Below are positions 1-10,256 of a stretch of DNA of 32,000 bases, in pieces. The DNA comes from Acaryochloris marina MBIC11017 (GTDB lineage: Bacteria; Cyanobacteriota; Cyanobacteriia; Thermosynechococcales; Thermosynechococcaceae): positions 1,050,001-1,082,000 of the forward strand of contig NC_009925.1 of the NCBI RefSeq assembly GCF_000018105.1, written 5' to 3'. The number at the start of each line of letters is the position of its first letter. The first letter of the stretch is position 1. The translations under genes were made by a program, and so were the position numbers. Below the pieces are notes generated by a model that had not been told where the DNA came from, searched no databases, and was given only the letters and a program-made list of their open reading frames with translations.

Positions 1-535
1 CCAGCTCAACAATTGATGAGGCTATAGCTGACTCCTAAGAATCTATTCCTAGGTTCCCAATTGCAAGCACGCTTGCTGTCACATCCAGATACTACTAGCG
101 TTATATATAAATTTGATGAGATCGATAAAGTGGTCAATTCAATATATGAAGTTTTATTTCAGTAGCCCTACATAACTTTACTTCTCTTAAGGCCTAGTTG
201 ATGGACAGTCATTTGGGGAGCCAACCCCCAAAAAACCGATGGTTGAGGTAGGTAAAGTTTTGTACTCAACATTGCACGTGAGGTGGCTAAACCTCTGTGG
301 AAGTGCCTTTGTAGCCGCTACATTTTCTGACGAATCTCTGTTACATTTAGTGAATGATCTCTATAACATTTGGTTATGAAGAGGTGTAGGTTGAGGTTCT
401 AGGGCGATTTACACTATTAATTCCCAGAACCCAAACTCTCGATTCCTTAGTCCGGTTTCTGAGAAACCTCACAAGGTTCGAAAGAAAATTTTGCGGCCTT
501 GCAATTTTTAAGTTAGATCAAGAGGGTTTATTTCC

Positions 536-1591
536 ATGACCATAGCAGTCGGACGCGCCCAGGAGCGAGGATGGTTTGACGTCCTCGACGACTGGCTTAA
601 GCGTGATCGGTTCGTCTTTATTGGTTGGTCAGGTATCCTACTTTTCCCCTGTGCGTTTCTATCCATCGGGGGATGGTTTACCGGCACAACTTTCGTAACT
701 TCCTGGTACACCCACGGTCTTGCTAGCTCCTACCTAGAAGGGGCTAACTTCTTGACCGTTGCTGTATCCACTCCCGCCGACAGCCTCGGCCACTCCCTAC
801 TTCTACTTTGGGGACCCGAAGCTCAAGGTGACTTCACCCGCTGGTGTCAGCTGGGTGGATTGTGGAACTTCACCACATTACATGGTGTCTTCGGCTTGAT
901 CGGCTTCATGCTGCGTCAATTCGAGATTGCCCGTCTAGTCGGCGTGCGTCCTTACAACGCAGTTGCCTTCAGCGGTCCTATCGCCGTGTATGTTTCCGTC
1001 TTTTTGATGTATCCTTTGGGCCAATCCAGCTGGTTCTTTGCACCTAGCTGGGGTGTAACAAGCATCTTCCGATTCTTGTTATTTGCTCAAGGTTTCCACA
1101 ACCTAACCCTCAACCCCTTCCACATGATGGGTGTTGCAGGTATTTTGGGTGGTGCGCTGTTGTGCGCCATTCACGGAGCCACTGTTGAGAACACCTTGTT
1201 TGAAGACGGTCAAGACGCCAATACATTTGCTGCGTTCACTCCGACCCAAGCAGAAGAGACCTACTCCATGGTCACTGCTAACCGATTCTGGTCTCAGATT
1301 TTCGGGATTGCCTTTTCCAACAAGCGTTGGTTGCACTTTTTCATGTTGTTCGTTCCTGTGACTGGTCTATGGGCTTCTGCCATTGGCCTCGTGGGTATCG
1401 CTCTCAACATGCGTGCTTATGACTTCGTTAGCCAGGAAATCCGGGCTGCTGAAGACCCTGAGTTCGAAACCTTCTACACCAAGAACATTCTCTTGAATGA
1501 AGGTCTGCGCGCTTGGATGGCACCCCAAGACCAAATCCATGAAAACTTCATCTTCCCTGAGGAGGTTCTACCACGTGGAAACGCCCTTTAA
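536..1591 (+). CDS. psbD: Photosystem II reaction-centre protein D2
   Basis: 351-aa ORF colinear end to end with canonical D2 as I remember it ([95 protein letters not shown]). The 3' end overlaps psbC, as is typical. Confidence 0.97.
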
Positions 1592-2969
1592 TCCGTCTGC
1601 GGCTGGTTATGACCGCGCAACCACTGGCTATGGCTGGTGGGCTGGAAATGCACGATTAACTGATCTATCTGGTCAGCTAACTGGTGCCCACATTGCCCAT
1701 GCTGGAATGATTACCTTCTGGGCTGGTGCAATGACTTTGTTTGAAGTCTCTCACTTCATTCCTGAAAAGCCTATGTACGAGCAAGGCAGCATCCTGCTTG
1801 CTCACCTAGCCGCTGAAGGTTTTGGTGTTGGACCTGGTGGTGAAGTTATTAGCACTTATCCTTATTTTGTGATTGGTGCAATTCACCTAATTGCTTCTGC
1901 TGTCCTCGGTTTTGGTGGCCTTTACCACACATTCAGAGGCCCTGCTAAGTTTGAGGATTACTCTGATTGGTGGGGGTATGACTGGGAAGACAAAGAAAAG
2001 ATGATGCAGATCCTGGGGATTCACTTAATCTTCCTCGGAATTGGTGCTCTTGCTTTTGCTGCAAAAGCCATGTTCTTTGGCGGTCTTTATGATCCCTGGG
2101 CTCCTGGTGGTGGAAATGTTCGCCTGATTACTAACCCAACTTGGAACTTAGGTACTTTCCTGGGTTACATTACCCGATCTCCCTGGGGAGAAGGTGGCTG
2201 GATCGTTAGTGTTAACAACCTAGAAGACGTTGTAGGTGGTCACCTTCTCGTAGGTGTTCACTACATCTTCGGTGGCGTTTTCCACATTCTTGTTAAGCCT
2301 TGGGGTTGGGTTCGCCGAGCCTATGTCTGGTCTGGTGAAGCCTATCTCTCCTACAGCTTGGGTGCCCTTTACATGTGTGGCATGATTGCTGTGGGTTATG
2401 TCTGGTTTAACAACACTGTTTACCCCAGTGAATTCTACGGTCCTACTGCTGCTGAAGCTTCTCAGGCTCAGGCAATGACCTTTTTGATTCGTGACCAAAG
2501 GTTAGGGGCGAACATCGCTTCTGCCCAAGGTCCTACAGGTCTTGGTAAGTATCTGATGCGTTCTCCTTCTGGTGAGATCATCTTCGGTGGTGAGACCATG
2601 CGTTTCTGGGATTTCCGTGGACCTTGGTTGGAGCCCCTTCGTGGACCCAACGGTTTGGACCTCAACAAGCTCAGAAATGATATTCAGCCTTGGCAAGCTC
2701 GTCGTGCGGCTGAGTACATGACTCATGCTCCTTTGGGTGCATTGAACTCTGTAGGTGGTGTGGCAACTGAGATCAACTCGGTGAACTATGTTTCTCCCCG
2801 TTCTTGGTTATCCACTTCACATTTCTGCCTTGCGTTCTTCTTCTTTGTTGGCCATATTTGGCACTCCGGCCGCGCCCGGGCTGCTGCTGCTGGTTTCGAG
2901 AAGGGCATTGAGCGGAAGACAGAATACGCACTATCTCTGCCTGATATCGACGCTACATCAGTTGACTAA
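1539..2969 (+). CDS. psbC: Photosystem II CP43 chlorophyll-binding protein
   Basis: Frame of ORF 1497..2969. The ATG at 1539 gives [18 protein letters not shown], matching the canonical CP43 N-terminus ([18 protein letters not shown] from memory). A GTG at 1575 (VETPFN) is an alternative start. Conserved blocks: [51 protein letters not shown]. Overlaps psbD by 53 nt (17 nt with the GTG start). Confidence 0.95.
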
Positions 2970-3011
2970 GTTATCTTTAGTAACTTTGATAACTAGCTGA
3001 GTAATATCGGC

Positions 3012-3047
3012 AAGAAAGCCCCTGCCTAAAATAGGAGGGGCTTTCTT
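3012..3047 (+). terminator. Rho-independent-type terminator hairpin downstream of psbDC
   Basis: Perfect 12-bp inverted repeat AAGAAAGCCCCT (3012-3023) / AGGGGCTTTCTT (3036-3047), 43 nt after the psbC stop. Extra CCT/AGG pairing occurs inside the loop, and a T-rich stretch follows (ATGAGTATTTTCG). Confidence 0.65.
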
Positions 3048-3144
3048 ATGAGTATTTTCGTTGCTAACTTCAACAGATAAACAAGCTAGACCAACATCTA
3101 AAGTTGTTTAGGATTTAAAATAAATAAAGGAATTCTCCCAAGAG

Positions 3145-3342
3145 GTGCTGGAGACAATGCGCGAGTCTGACTTGACTGATCTACTCCAATGGACTTCCAC
3201 TGCAGAAGCGAAACTCAAAAATATTCCGTTTTTTGCAAGATCCCAAGCAAGACAAAAGATTGAAGCGATTGCTCGAGAATCAAATTTGGATGTTGTCACT
3301 GTAGAGTTGGTCGAGCTAGCCCGTCTAGAATTTGGTCAATAA
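3145..3342 (+). CDS. Small stand-alone PCP_red-domain protein, similar to the C-terminal domain of the ChlB subunit of dark protochlorophyllide reductase
   Basis: 65-aa [44 protein letters not shown] matches the W-T-x-E-A-E-x-x-L-x-K-IPFFVR-x-KAR motif of the ChlB C-terminus. The first start is GTG 3145; the in-frame ATG at 3157 (MRESDL) is equally plausible. Confidence 0.6.
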   Translation: MLETMRESDLTDLLQWTSTAEAKLKNIPFFARSQARQKIEAIARESNLDVVTVELVELARLEFGQ

Positions 3343-3547
3343 TGCAGTTAGTTACTTGTGTATCGACTATATATGGCGTAAACAAACATGCCATTATTTG
3401 ATAAGAATCAAAGCTATAAGGGTATTTAAGACGGTAATCGTTAGATTAATGAGCTTAAGTATCCTGATTGATGGCGATCAACACCTTACCCAATGGGTGA
3501 AACAAAATATTTATTTCTGATTGGATTGAACTCTACTATCTAGAACC

Positions 3548-6337
3548 ATGCTTAAAACATTATTGGGCGACCCGAATAAGCGAAAGCTCAAAAAGTACCA
3601 ACCCGATGTGGTTGAAATCAATCTCCTTGAAGAAGAAGTAGAGGTTCTCTCAGATCAGGAATTAAGAGCAAAAACTGATGAGTTCAAAGAGCGCCTGAAA
3701 AATGGTGAGACCTTGGATGATCTTTTGCCAGAAACGTTTGCCGTCGTGAGAGAGGCATCCAAGCGAGTATTAGGCATGCGCCACTTTGACGTTCAGCTTC
3801 TAGGCGGGATGATTCTGCATGATGGCCAAATTGCAGAAATGAAAACTGGCGAAGGTAAAACGCTAGTATCAACCTTGCCAGCATATCTAAATGCTCTAAC
3901 TGGCAAGGGAGTTCATGCTATTACGGTGAACGATTATCTGGCCAGACGAGATGCGGAATGGATGGGGCAGGTTCATCGATTCTTGGGGTTGAGTGTAGGG
4001 CTGATTCAGCAGTCCATGTCTCCGACAGAGCGCAAGAAAAATTATGCTTGCGACATCACCTATGGGACCAATAGTGAGATTGGCTTCGACTATCTACGGG
4101 ATAATATGTCAACTTCCATCGAGGAGGTTGTTCAGCGGCCCCTCAATTATTGCGTCATTGATGAGGTGGATTCTGTTCTAATTGATGAAGCACGAACTCC
4201 TCTAATTATTTCGGGTCAGGTTGAGCGACCAACGGAAAAATATTTAGATGCCTCTAAAGTTGCCAATGCTTTGCAACCCGAAGAGCATTACGAGGTGGAT
4301 GAAAAGGCTCGCAACGTTATTTTGACGGATGAAGGCTTTGTTGAAGCAGAGAAAATCTTAGGAGTTAGCGATCTATTTGATCCTGAGGATCCCTGGGCTC
4401 ACTATGTGTTCAATGCTATTAAAGCCAAAGAACTATTCATTAACGACGTTAATTACATCGTTCGTAATGATGAAATTGTCATTGTCGATGAGTTTACGGG
4501 TCGGGTGATGCCAGGGCGGCGATGGAGTGATGGCCTCCATCAAGCAATTGAGGCCAAGGAAAAAGTTGAGATCCAGAATGAGACACAGACTTTAGCCACG
4601 ATTACCTATCAAAATTTATTCTTGCTTTATGACAAGTTGGCAGGGATGACGGGTACAGCTAAGACAGAAGAAGCTGAATTTGAAAAAATTTATAAGTTAG
4701 AAGTCACGATTGTACCGACTAATCGCTCTAATCAACGGCAAGACATCTCTGATGTGGTCTACAAGAGTGAAGAAGCAAAGTGGTTAGCCGTTGCCAATGA
4801 ATGTGCTGATATGTACGAAGTTGGACGCCCCATCTTGGTAGGAACCACGAGTGTTGAGAAATCCGAGGTATTGTCAAAGCTTCTTTTGGAACGCAACATC
4901 CCGCATAACCTCTTGAATGCGAAACCAGAGAATGTTGAGCGGGAATCAGAGATTGTGGCTCAGGCAGGTCGAGAGGGCCGAGTGACCATTGCCACAAATA
5001 TGGCGGGTCGAGGAACGGATATCATCTTGGGCGGTAATGCCGAATATATGGCGCGTCTCAAGGTACGAGAGTATTTGATGCCCCGAATTGTTCAACCCGA
5101 AGATGATAACCCGTTGTCCATGATGCAGGTCAAGCTGCCTGAGGCTGGCAGCCAAGGGTTTGGTGGAGACGGTCAGCAAAAGGGAATGCAGAGAAAAACC
5201 TGGAAGGTGTCACCCGAAATCTTCCCCACCACTATTTCTAAGGACGCTGAATCTTTATTGAAAGAAGCTGTAAACGCGGCGGTTAAGCAATATGGTGAAC
5301 AGAGTTTGCCTGAATTACAAGCCGAAGATTTAATGGCGGTTGCTTCTGAAAAGGCGCCTACCGACGACCCCGTTATTCAGAAATTAAGAGAAGTCTACAA
5401 CCTGATTCTGGAAGAATATGAAGCGTTCACCAGCAAAGAGCATGACAAGGTTGTAGAACGAGGGGGGCTTCATGTGATTGGTACAGAAAGACATGACTCT
5501 CGTCGCATTGATAACCAGTTGAGAGGCCGAGCAGGTCGTCAGGGTGATCCAGGTTCAACCCGCTTCTTCTTGAGTTTGCAGGACAATCTCTTGCGTATTT
5601 TCGGCGGTGACCGGGTTGCGGGCTTGATGAATGCTTTTCGGGTTGAAGAAGATATGCCCATTGAGTCTCGCATCTTGACGAGCAGCTTAGAAAATGCCCA
5701 AAAGAAGGTTGAAACCTACTACTACGATATTCGGAAACAAGTTTTTGAATATGATGAGGTGATGAATAATCAGCGACGGGCAATTTATGCTGAGCGTCGA
5801 CGGGTCTTGGAAGGTGAAGATCTGAAAGAGCGGGTCATTGAATATGCTGAACAGACGATGGATGACATTGTTGAAGCCTATGTCAATCCAGAGCTACCCC
5901 CTGAAGAATGGAATTTAGAGCAATTAGTGGACAAGACCAAGGAGTTTGTCTATTTGCTGGAGGATTTGGAAGCCAGCCATATTGCTGATCTGTCCATGCC
6001 AGAAATGAAGATGTTCTTGCGGGAGCAGGTCCGTATTGCCTATGACCAGAAAGAGTCAGAGGTCAACGAGATGGAACCGACCTTGATGCGTCAGGCGGAA
6101 CGATTTTTCATCTTGCAGCAGATTGATATGCTTTGGCGCGAGCACCTGCAGCAGATGGATGCATTGCGAGAGGCGGTTGGGCTTCGCGGCTATGGTCAGC
6201 AAGATCCGCTGATTGAGTATAAAAGTGAAGGGTATGAAGTCTTTTTGGATATGATGACTGCGATTCGTCGTAATGTGGTTTACTCTCTCTTCCAATTCCG
6301 ACCACAACGGCAGCCTGAACCTTCTGAAGTAGCCTAG
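3548..6337 (+). CDS. secA: Preprotein translocase ATPase SecA
   Basis: 929-aa ORF with SecA hallmarks: [29 protein letters not shown] (Walker A), [21 protein letters not shown] (DEAD-like), [42 protein letters not shown]. Confidence 0.97.
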
Positions 6338-9126
6338 TTAGACCTGTTCCCTTTCATCTGTTGAGGTAAGGTCAGCCTACTGAGAATTCTCCCGTCTTCG
6401 AGCTGGGCAATCTCCATGCGTCCCCCTAAAAGTTCGATGATGGATTGGCAGGCGTTTAAATGGCGTCCAGGCCCTTTATCTAATAGGCTGGGTAATAATA
6501 AATCCCGGGTTTTTGCGGATTGAAAGTCTTGGATGAATTTAGGGTGAAGTTGTCCCTGATCGGTGATGGAAAGTTCAACCCATTTGGCATTGATGAGGCG
6601 ACACCAAATATCAATCCGATCCCCTGGTTTCGAGCGATGGCAAGCCCCTACCAATAATTCGTAAAGTACAAGCTCTAACTTATTGCTGGTTCCTGTAAGA
6701 GTGGTATTGGATGTCAGATTATGGATCTGGGTCCATAATTGTCTGGATTGAACCAGGGGTTCTATCAGTTCCATGCAGCGCCGCAGGATACTAGCCAGGG
6801 GAATCGAATCTTGGGCGAGGCTGAGTTGCCAATCTTCAGTCTTGAATAAGGTATTGAGGGACGCGATTGCTGCTTGGTGTGAGTCGCGCTGAATCTCTAT
6901 GGACTCGTCTTGGGATGATGCTGGAGGGGATTGTAAATCGGAAAGCTGGCTTAAGTTTGTTTCTAGTAAACGGTTTTTATACCAAGTTAAACTTTCCAAA
7001 CTCATCCATTGTCGCTGCAGTAAGTTGGTTTCTCGCAGATATCGGTAACGACTGCCCAACTGCTGAACTAGAGTTTGTACCAGCTGTAGTTCTGTAGTCT
7101 TATAACGGAAATTTTCAGAAGTGCCGAGGACAATAGCACCCAGAGGAGTCGGAGAATCGGGTGATCGCAAGGGTATGACTAGGACTTGGGTGACCCCAGG
7201 ACCATTTAACCAAATGCGAGTTTCCGGAGCGATGTTTTTGGCCGTTATTTTAATGATGGACTCAGATGGGTTAGAGAGTTGATCCGGCGAATGCAATAGT
7301 TCCGTAAAAAGCGGATCTTGATCCAATTGAATCATTTCGTCATCTGCGATGGTAAATTCGGGTGATGTTGCATGGCAGGAGACAATTTTTCCTTGGGTAT
7401 GGCCAGGGATCCACAATATGCCTGCAGCGAGAGGCCCATCAAAAATATGGGTAATCAGTTCGATACCAGAAGTGATGAGTTGGGTAGGATCTTCTATTTT
7501 TAATAGGGTTTGCAGACCATTGTGGGCTAGGTCATATTGCTTAAGCTGGGATTGCTGAAGAATATAATCGCGCTGTTTTTGCTCAAAAGTACCAAGGGTT
7601 TGGGCAAACTCCTGTAAAAATTCAATTTCTTTGGGCTTCCAAGTACGGGTTCGATGATTGCCTAATACAAGGATCGTTTGGGGGGTTGAACTATTGGCTA
7701 CCGTGCGGCAAAGCAGAAGAGAACGCAATCCCTGCTTGATCAGTGACTCTCGCCATGCCAAGAATCGTAGGTCTTCTTCAAGATCTGAGATGGAGATCGC
7801 ACCGATGTTGCGCTCTAACATCCGTCTATCCACATCACTTAAAGGATGTAAGGACTCTGATAAAGGCCGAAGTTTGGGGCTGTGATACTGATATTCAATA
7901 CGGAAGCCACCTGTTTGCTCATCCTGGCTCAGGAGTAAAAGTCGTTGGGTGTGTAAATGCCGACATAGATGTTCTGAAACCTTTTTAATCGTTCTAGGCC
8001 AATCCGTGGATTCAACCATCAATTGAGTGAATTGTCCCATCAAAGACTGGGTTTGGGAGGAGGCTGGGATGGGGTTATCCCCGACAGGGTTAAAAGCCGA
8101 TAAACCCATTAACTGAGCTGAGGCTTGGATAAAGTTCTTTTCTTGTTCTTGCCATACTCGCGGTTCTTTGCCCTCGGCTGACAGAAATCCCATCAGATGT
8201 CCATTCCCCATAATGGGTGCGCAGAGAAAAGACCGAGATTTAGTTTGTTGCATTAAGCGCAATGGAACTTTGGCATTCACAGTACCTTGGCTTTCGCTGA
8301 CCGATATCATCTGACCTGCGGATAAGGCTTGACAAAAAGGTTCAATTTCAGCAATCTGAACTTGTGCTTTAATCGGGCGTGCTCGACCTAAGCGACTACC
8401 CTGGCCAGGTTGATAAGTTACTTTTAAAGTGCAATTATTTTCTTCTAAATCTAACCAATACAAACCAGTAAAGGTGGGATCAATGGCCTGCTGTGTTGAT
8501 TTCAAAATGACATTGACCCGTTCATCCCAATCCGTTAGGACACTCATCTGATTAATGAGGTGTGCTAGGGGTTGGGCTGGTGTCGAAACAGGCTCAATTG
8601 CCTCCTGGCTCAATCGATTGAAGGCTGCCCCTAGGGAGTGAGTTAATAGGGAGAGTAAAGTACTTTCTTCGGTGCGTGGATTTCTGCCCCAATGGACAGA
8701 ACCTAACAATAGAATGCCTACACATTCTTTCCGGTATTGGATGGGGTAAAGAATAGCCCCTTGAATATCAAACCGTTGAGCAAGTTTTTGCCATTTACCA
8801 ACCCGACCTTCTTCTTGGAGATTCATCACCTCGATGGGATTTCGGGTCAGTAAGGCTTGATCGAACAAATCTCCTGGAAGGACAGGATAGCGCTGACTAA
8901 AAGCGGTGGAATCGGCCTGGGGTAAACCACCACTTAAACCAATCAATTCGGATTGGTTAGCGTCGTACTGGGCAATCCACAATAGTGGGTAGTCCAACTC
9001 GGATTTCAAAAACGTTAAGGCACTATCTACTAAAGACTCAAGCTGATCATGATCCAGTAATCCTTCTATCAAAGTCTGGATTCTTACAAGTTGTTCTGGG
9101 CTGGATCGTCCTGCTCTTTGAATCAT
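6334..9126 (-). CDS. Multi-GAF (about four repeats) signalling protein with a degenerate C-terminal histidine-kinase-like ATPase domain
   Basis: 930-aa ORF with an ATG start. Four GAF-like repeats each end in the typical pattern, e.g. [105 protein letters not shown]. The C-terminus resembles HATPase_c ([16 protein letters not shown] ... ITDQGQL ... [22 protein letters not shown]), but the N-box Asn and the G-box glycines are substituted. Confidence 0.75.
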
Positions 9127-9331
9127 AAAGTAAGCCTAGAGGGCTGCAAGAATTGACACAATGGTGGTGCTAAACCAGAGTGTCTTGGTCTCGTCATCCC
9201 CTAGTGTTGCCTAATCACTAGCAAACTCTAACAATCAGATAAAAAATTTTGATTTTTGCAGATCAGCTAGTAATGGCCAATGCTTTGATGCAGGTGCACT
9301 TGAAAGCTTTAGGAATCGATACTCACTCTTG

Positions 9332-9982
9332 TTAGCCTAATCCAGGTAGGAGTTCTTTGACACCATCGGCAATGAACTCGATGGAAATAGCGGTGATGAT
9401 TAATCCCATGACCCGACTAATCACATTCATACCTGTTTTACCCATCACAGTATCCATTAGAGGGGCAATGAGTAATCCCACCAAGGCAATTACAGAGACA
9501 CTCAGAATTGCTAAACCAACGAGAATGGTATGTTCTATAGATTCCTGGGTATGCGCATAAACAATGACGGTACTGATGGCACCAGGGCCGCCGAGTAGAG
9601 GAATGGCAATGGGGACAACGGCAACAGGAGCATCCGGTAATGTCGGTGGTTCATTCGGATCGACGGTACCTGTTTCTGTGAGTTGGCGTGATTCGATGGT
9701 TTCTGCCCGTAACATGGATAATGCTGTTAGCAGTATTAATAAGCCTCCTGCGACTCGGAAGGACGGTAGGCTAATGCTAAAAAAGCTGAGAATGGCTTCT
9801 CCGGCGACAAGAGCCACTAACAGAACAATACTTAAAGCAATTGAGGATTGAAAGGCAATAAGACGCCTTTGGCTAGAGCCTTGCCCCTCTGTCAAGCTTA
9901 GGAAAATAGGGATGACACCCACAGGATTAACGATTGATGCGAGACCCGCCACTAATTTCAGATATTCTGGCAAGTCAAACAC
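9332..9982 (-). CDS. MarC-family (UPF0056) integral membrane protein
   Basis: 216-aa hydrophobic ORF with about 6 predicted TM segments. The N-terminal signature GLASIVNPVGVIPIFLSLT is typical of the MarC family. GTG start at 9982. Confidence 0.75.
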   Translation of the reverse strand: MFDLPEYLKLVAGLASIVNPVGVIPIFLSLTEGQGSSQRRLIAFQSSIALSIVLLVALVAGEAILSFFSISLPSFRVAGGLLILLTALSMLRAETIESRQLTETGTVDPNEPPTLPDAPVAVVPIAIPLLGGPGAISTVIVYAHTQESIEHTILVGLAILSVSVIALVGLLIAPLMDTVMGKTGMNVISRVMGLIITAISIEFIADGVKELLPGLG

Positions 9983-10037
9983 AATATGGATAGTCCTCGC
10001 TAACGGTTCTGTGGATTAAGGTAAATCTACGGTGCGA

Positions 10038-10051
10038 GTTGCGATCGCAAC
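10038..10051. repeat. HIP1 (GCGATCGC) copy embedded in a 14-bp perfect palindrome GTTGCGATCGCAAC
   Basis: Read directly. Five further HIP1 octamers lie at 18190, 19220, 20591, 28920 and 30935. HIP1 is a cyanobacterial hallmark repeat. Confidence 0.8.
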
Positions 10052-10256
10052 CCGATTCTCTCCTAGGACGTATAGTTCAATCCATTACAGACCATAGACT
10101 CTATCCTTCTAATTGTCAGCAATCTCAGTCTACAAACTTAGTTTTGAAAGAAGACTGAGGGATATAAAGCTAACTTTATTTATCTTCTCACAGTCGCAAT
10201 GGAATCCCTGCAAAGCTCGGTGCCATGCAGAAGAAATATTGGTAACTCAAGCAACC

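Noticed and set aside
391-420. Possible sigma70-type psbD promoter (TTGAGG, 18-nt spacer, TATTAA).
   Set aside because: Hexamer matches are plausible but not distinctive in this AT-rich leader. Without TSS data I could not justify listing it as a feature.
454-483. Small hairpin GGTTTC-TGA-GAAACC (454-468) and a T-loop-like GGTTCGAAA (475-483) in the psbD leader. I considered a tRNA or structured RNA.
   Set aside because: No acceptor, D or anticodon arms can be built around it. It is at most a 5'-UTR stem-loop, which I cannot support further from sequence alone.
508-711. 67-aa minus-strand ORF overlapping the psbD start.
   Set aside because: It is antisense shadow of a highly conserved gene, with an Arg/Ser/Pro-rich composition typical of spurious frames.
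1497-1538. The ORF track starts the psbC frame at 1497 ([14 protein letters not shown]...).
   Set aside because: This extension lies inside psbD and has no similarity to CP43. The conserved N-terminus begins at the ATG at 1539 ([12 protein letters not shown]) or the GTG at 1575.
3332-3520. 62-aa plus-strand ORF between the PCP_red gene and secA.
   Set aside because: It sits in AT-rich intergenic sequence, overlaps the stop of the preceding gene, has Ile/Lys/Arg-rich low-complexity composition, and has no recognisable motif or ribosome-binding site.
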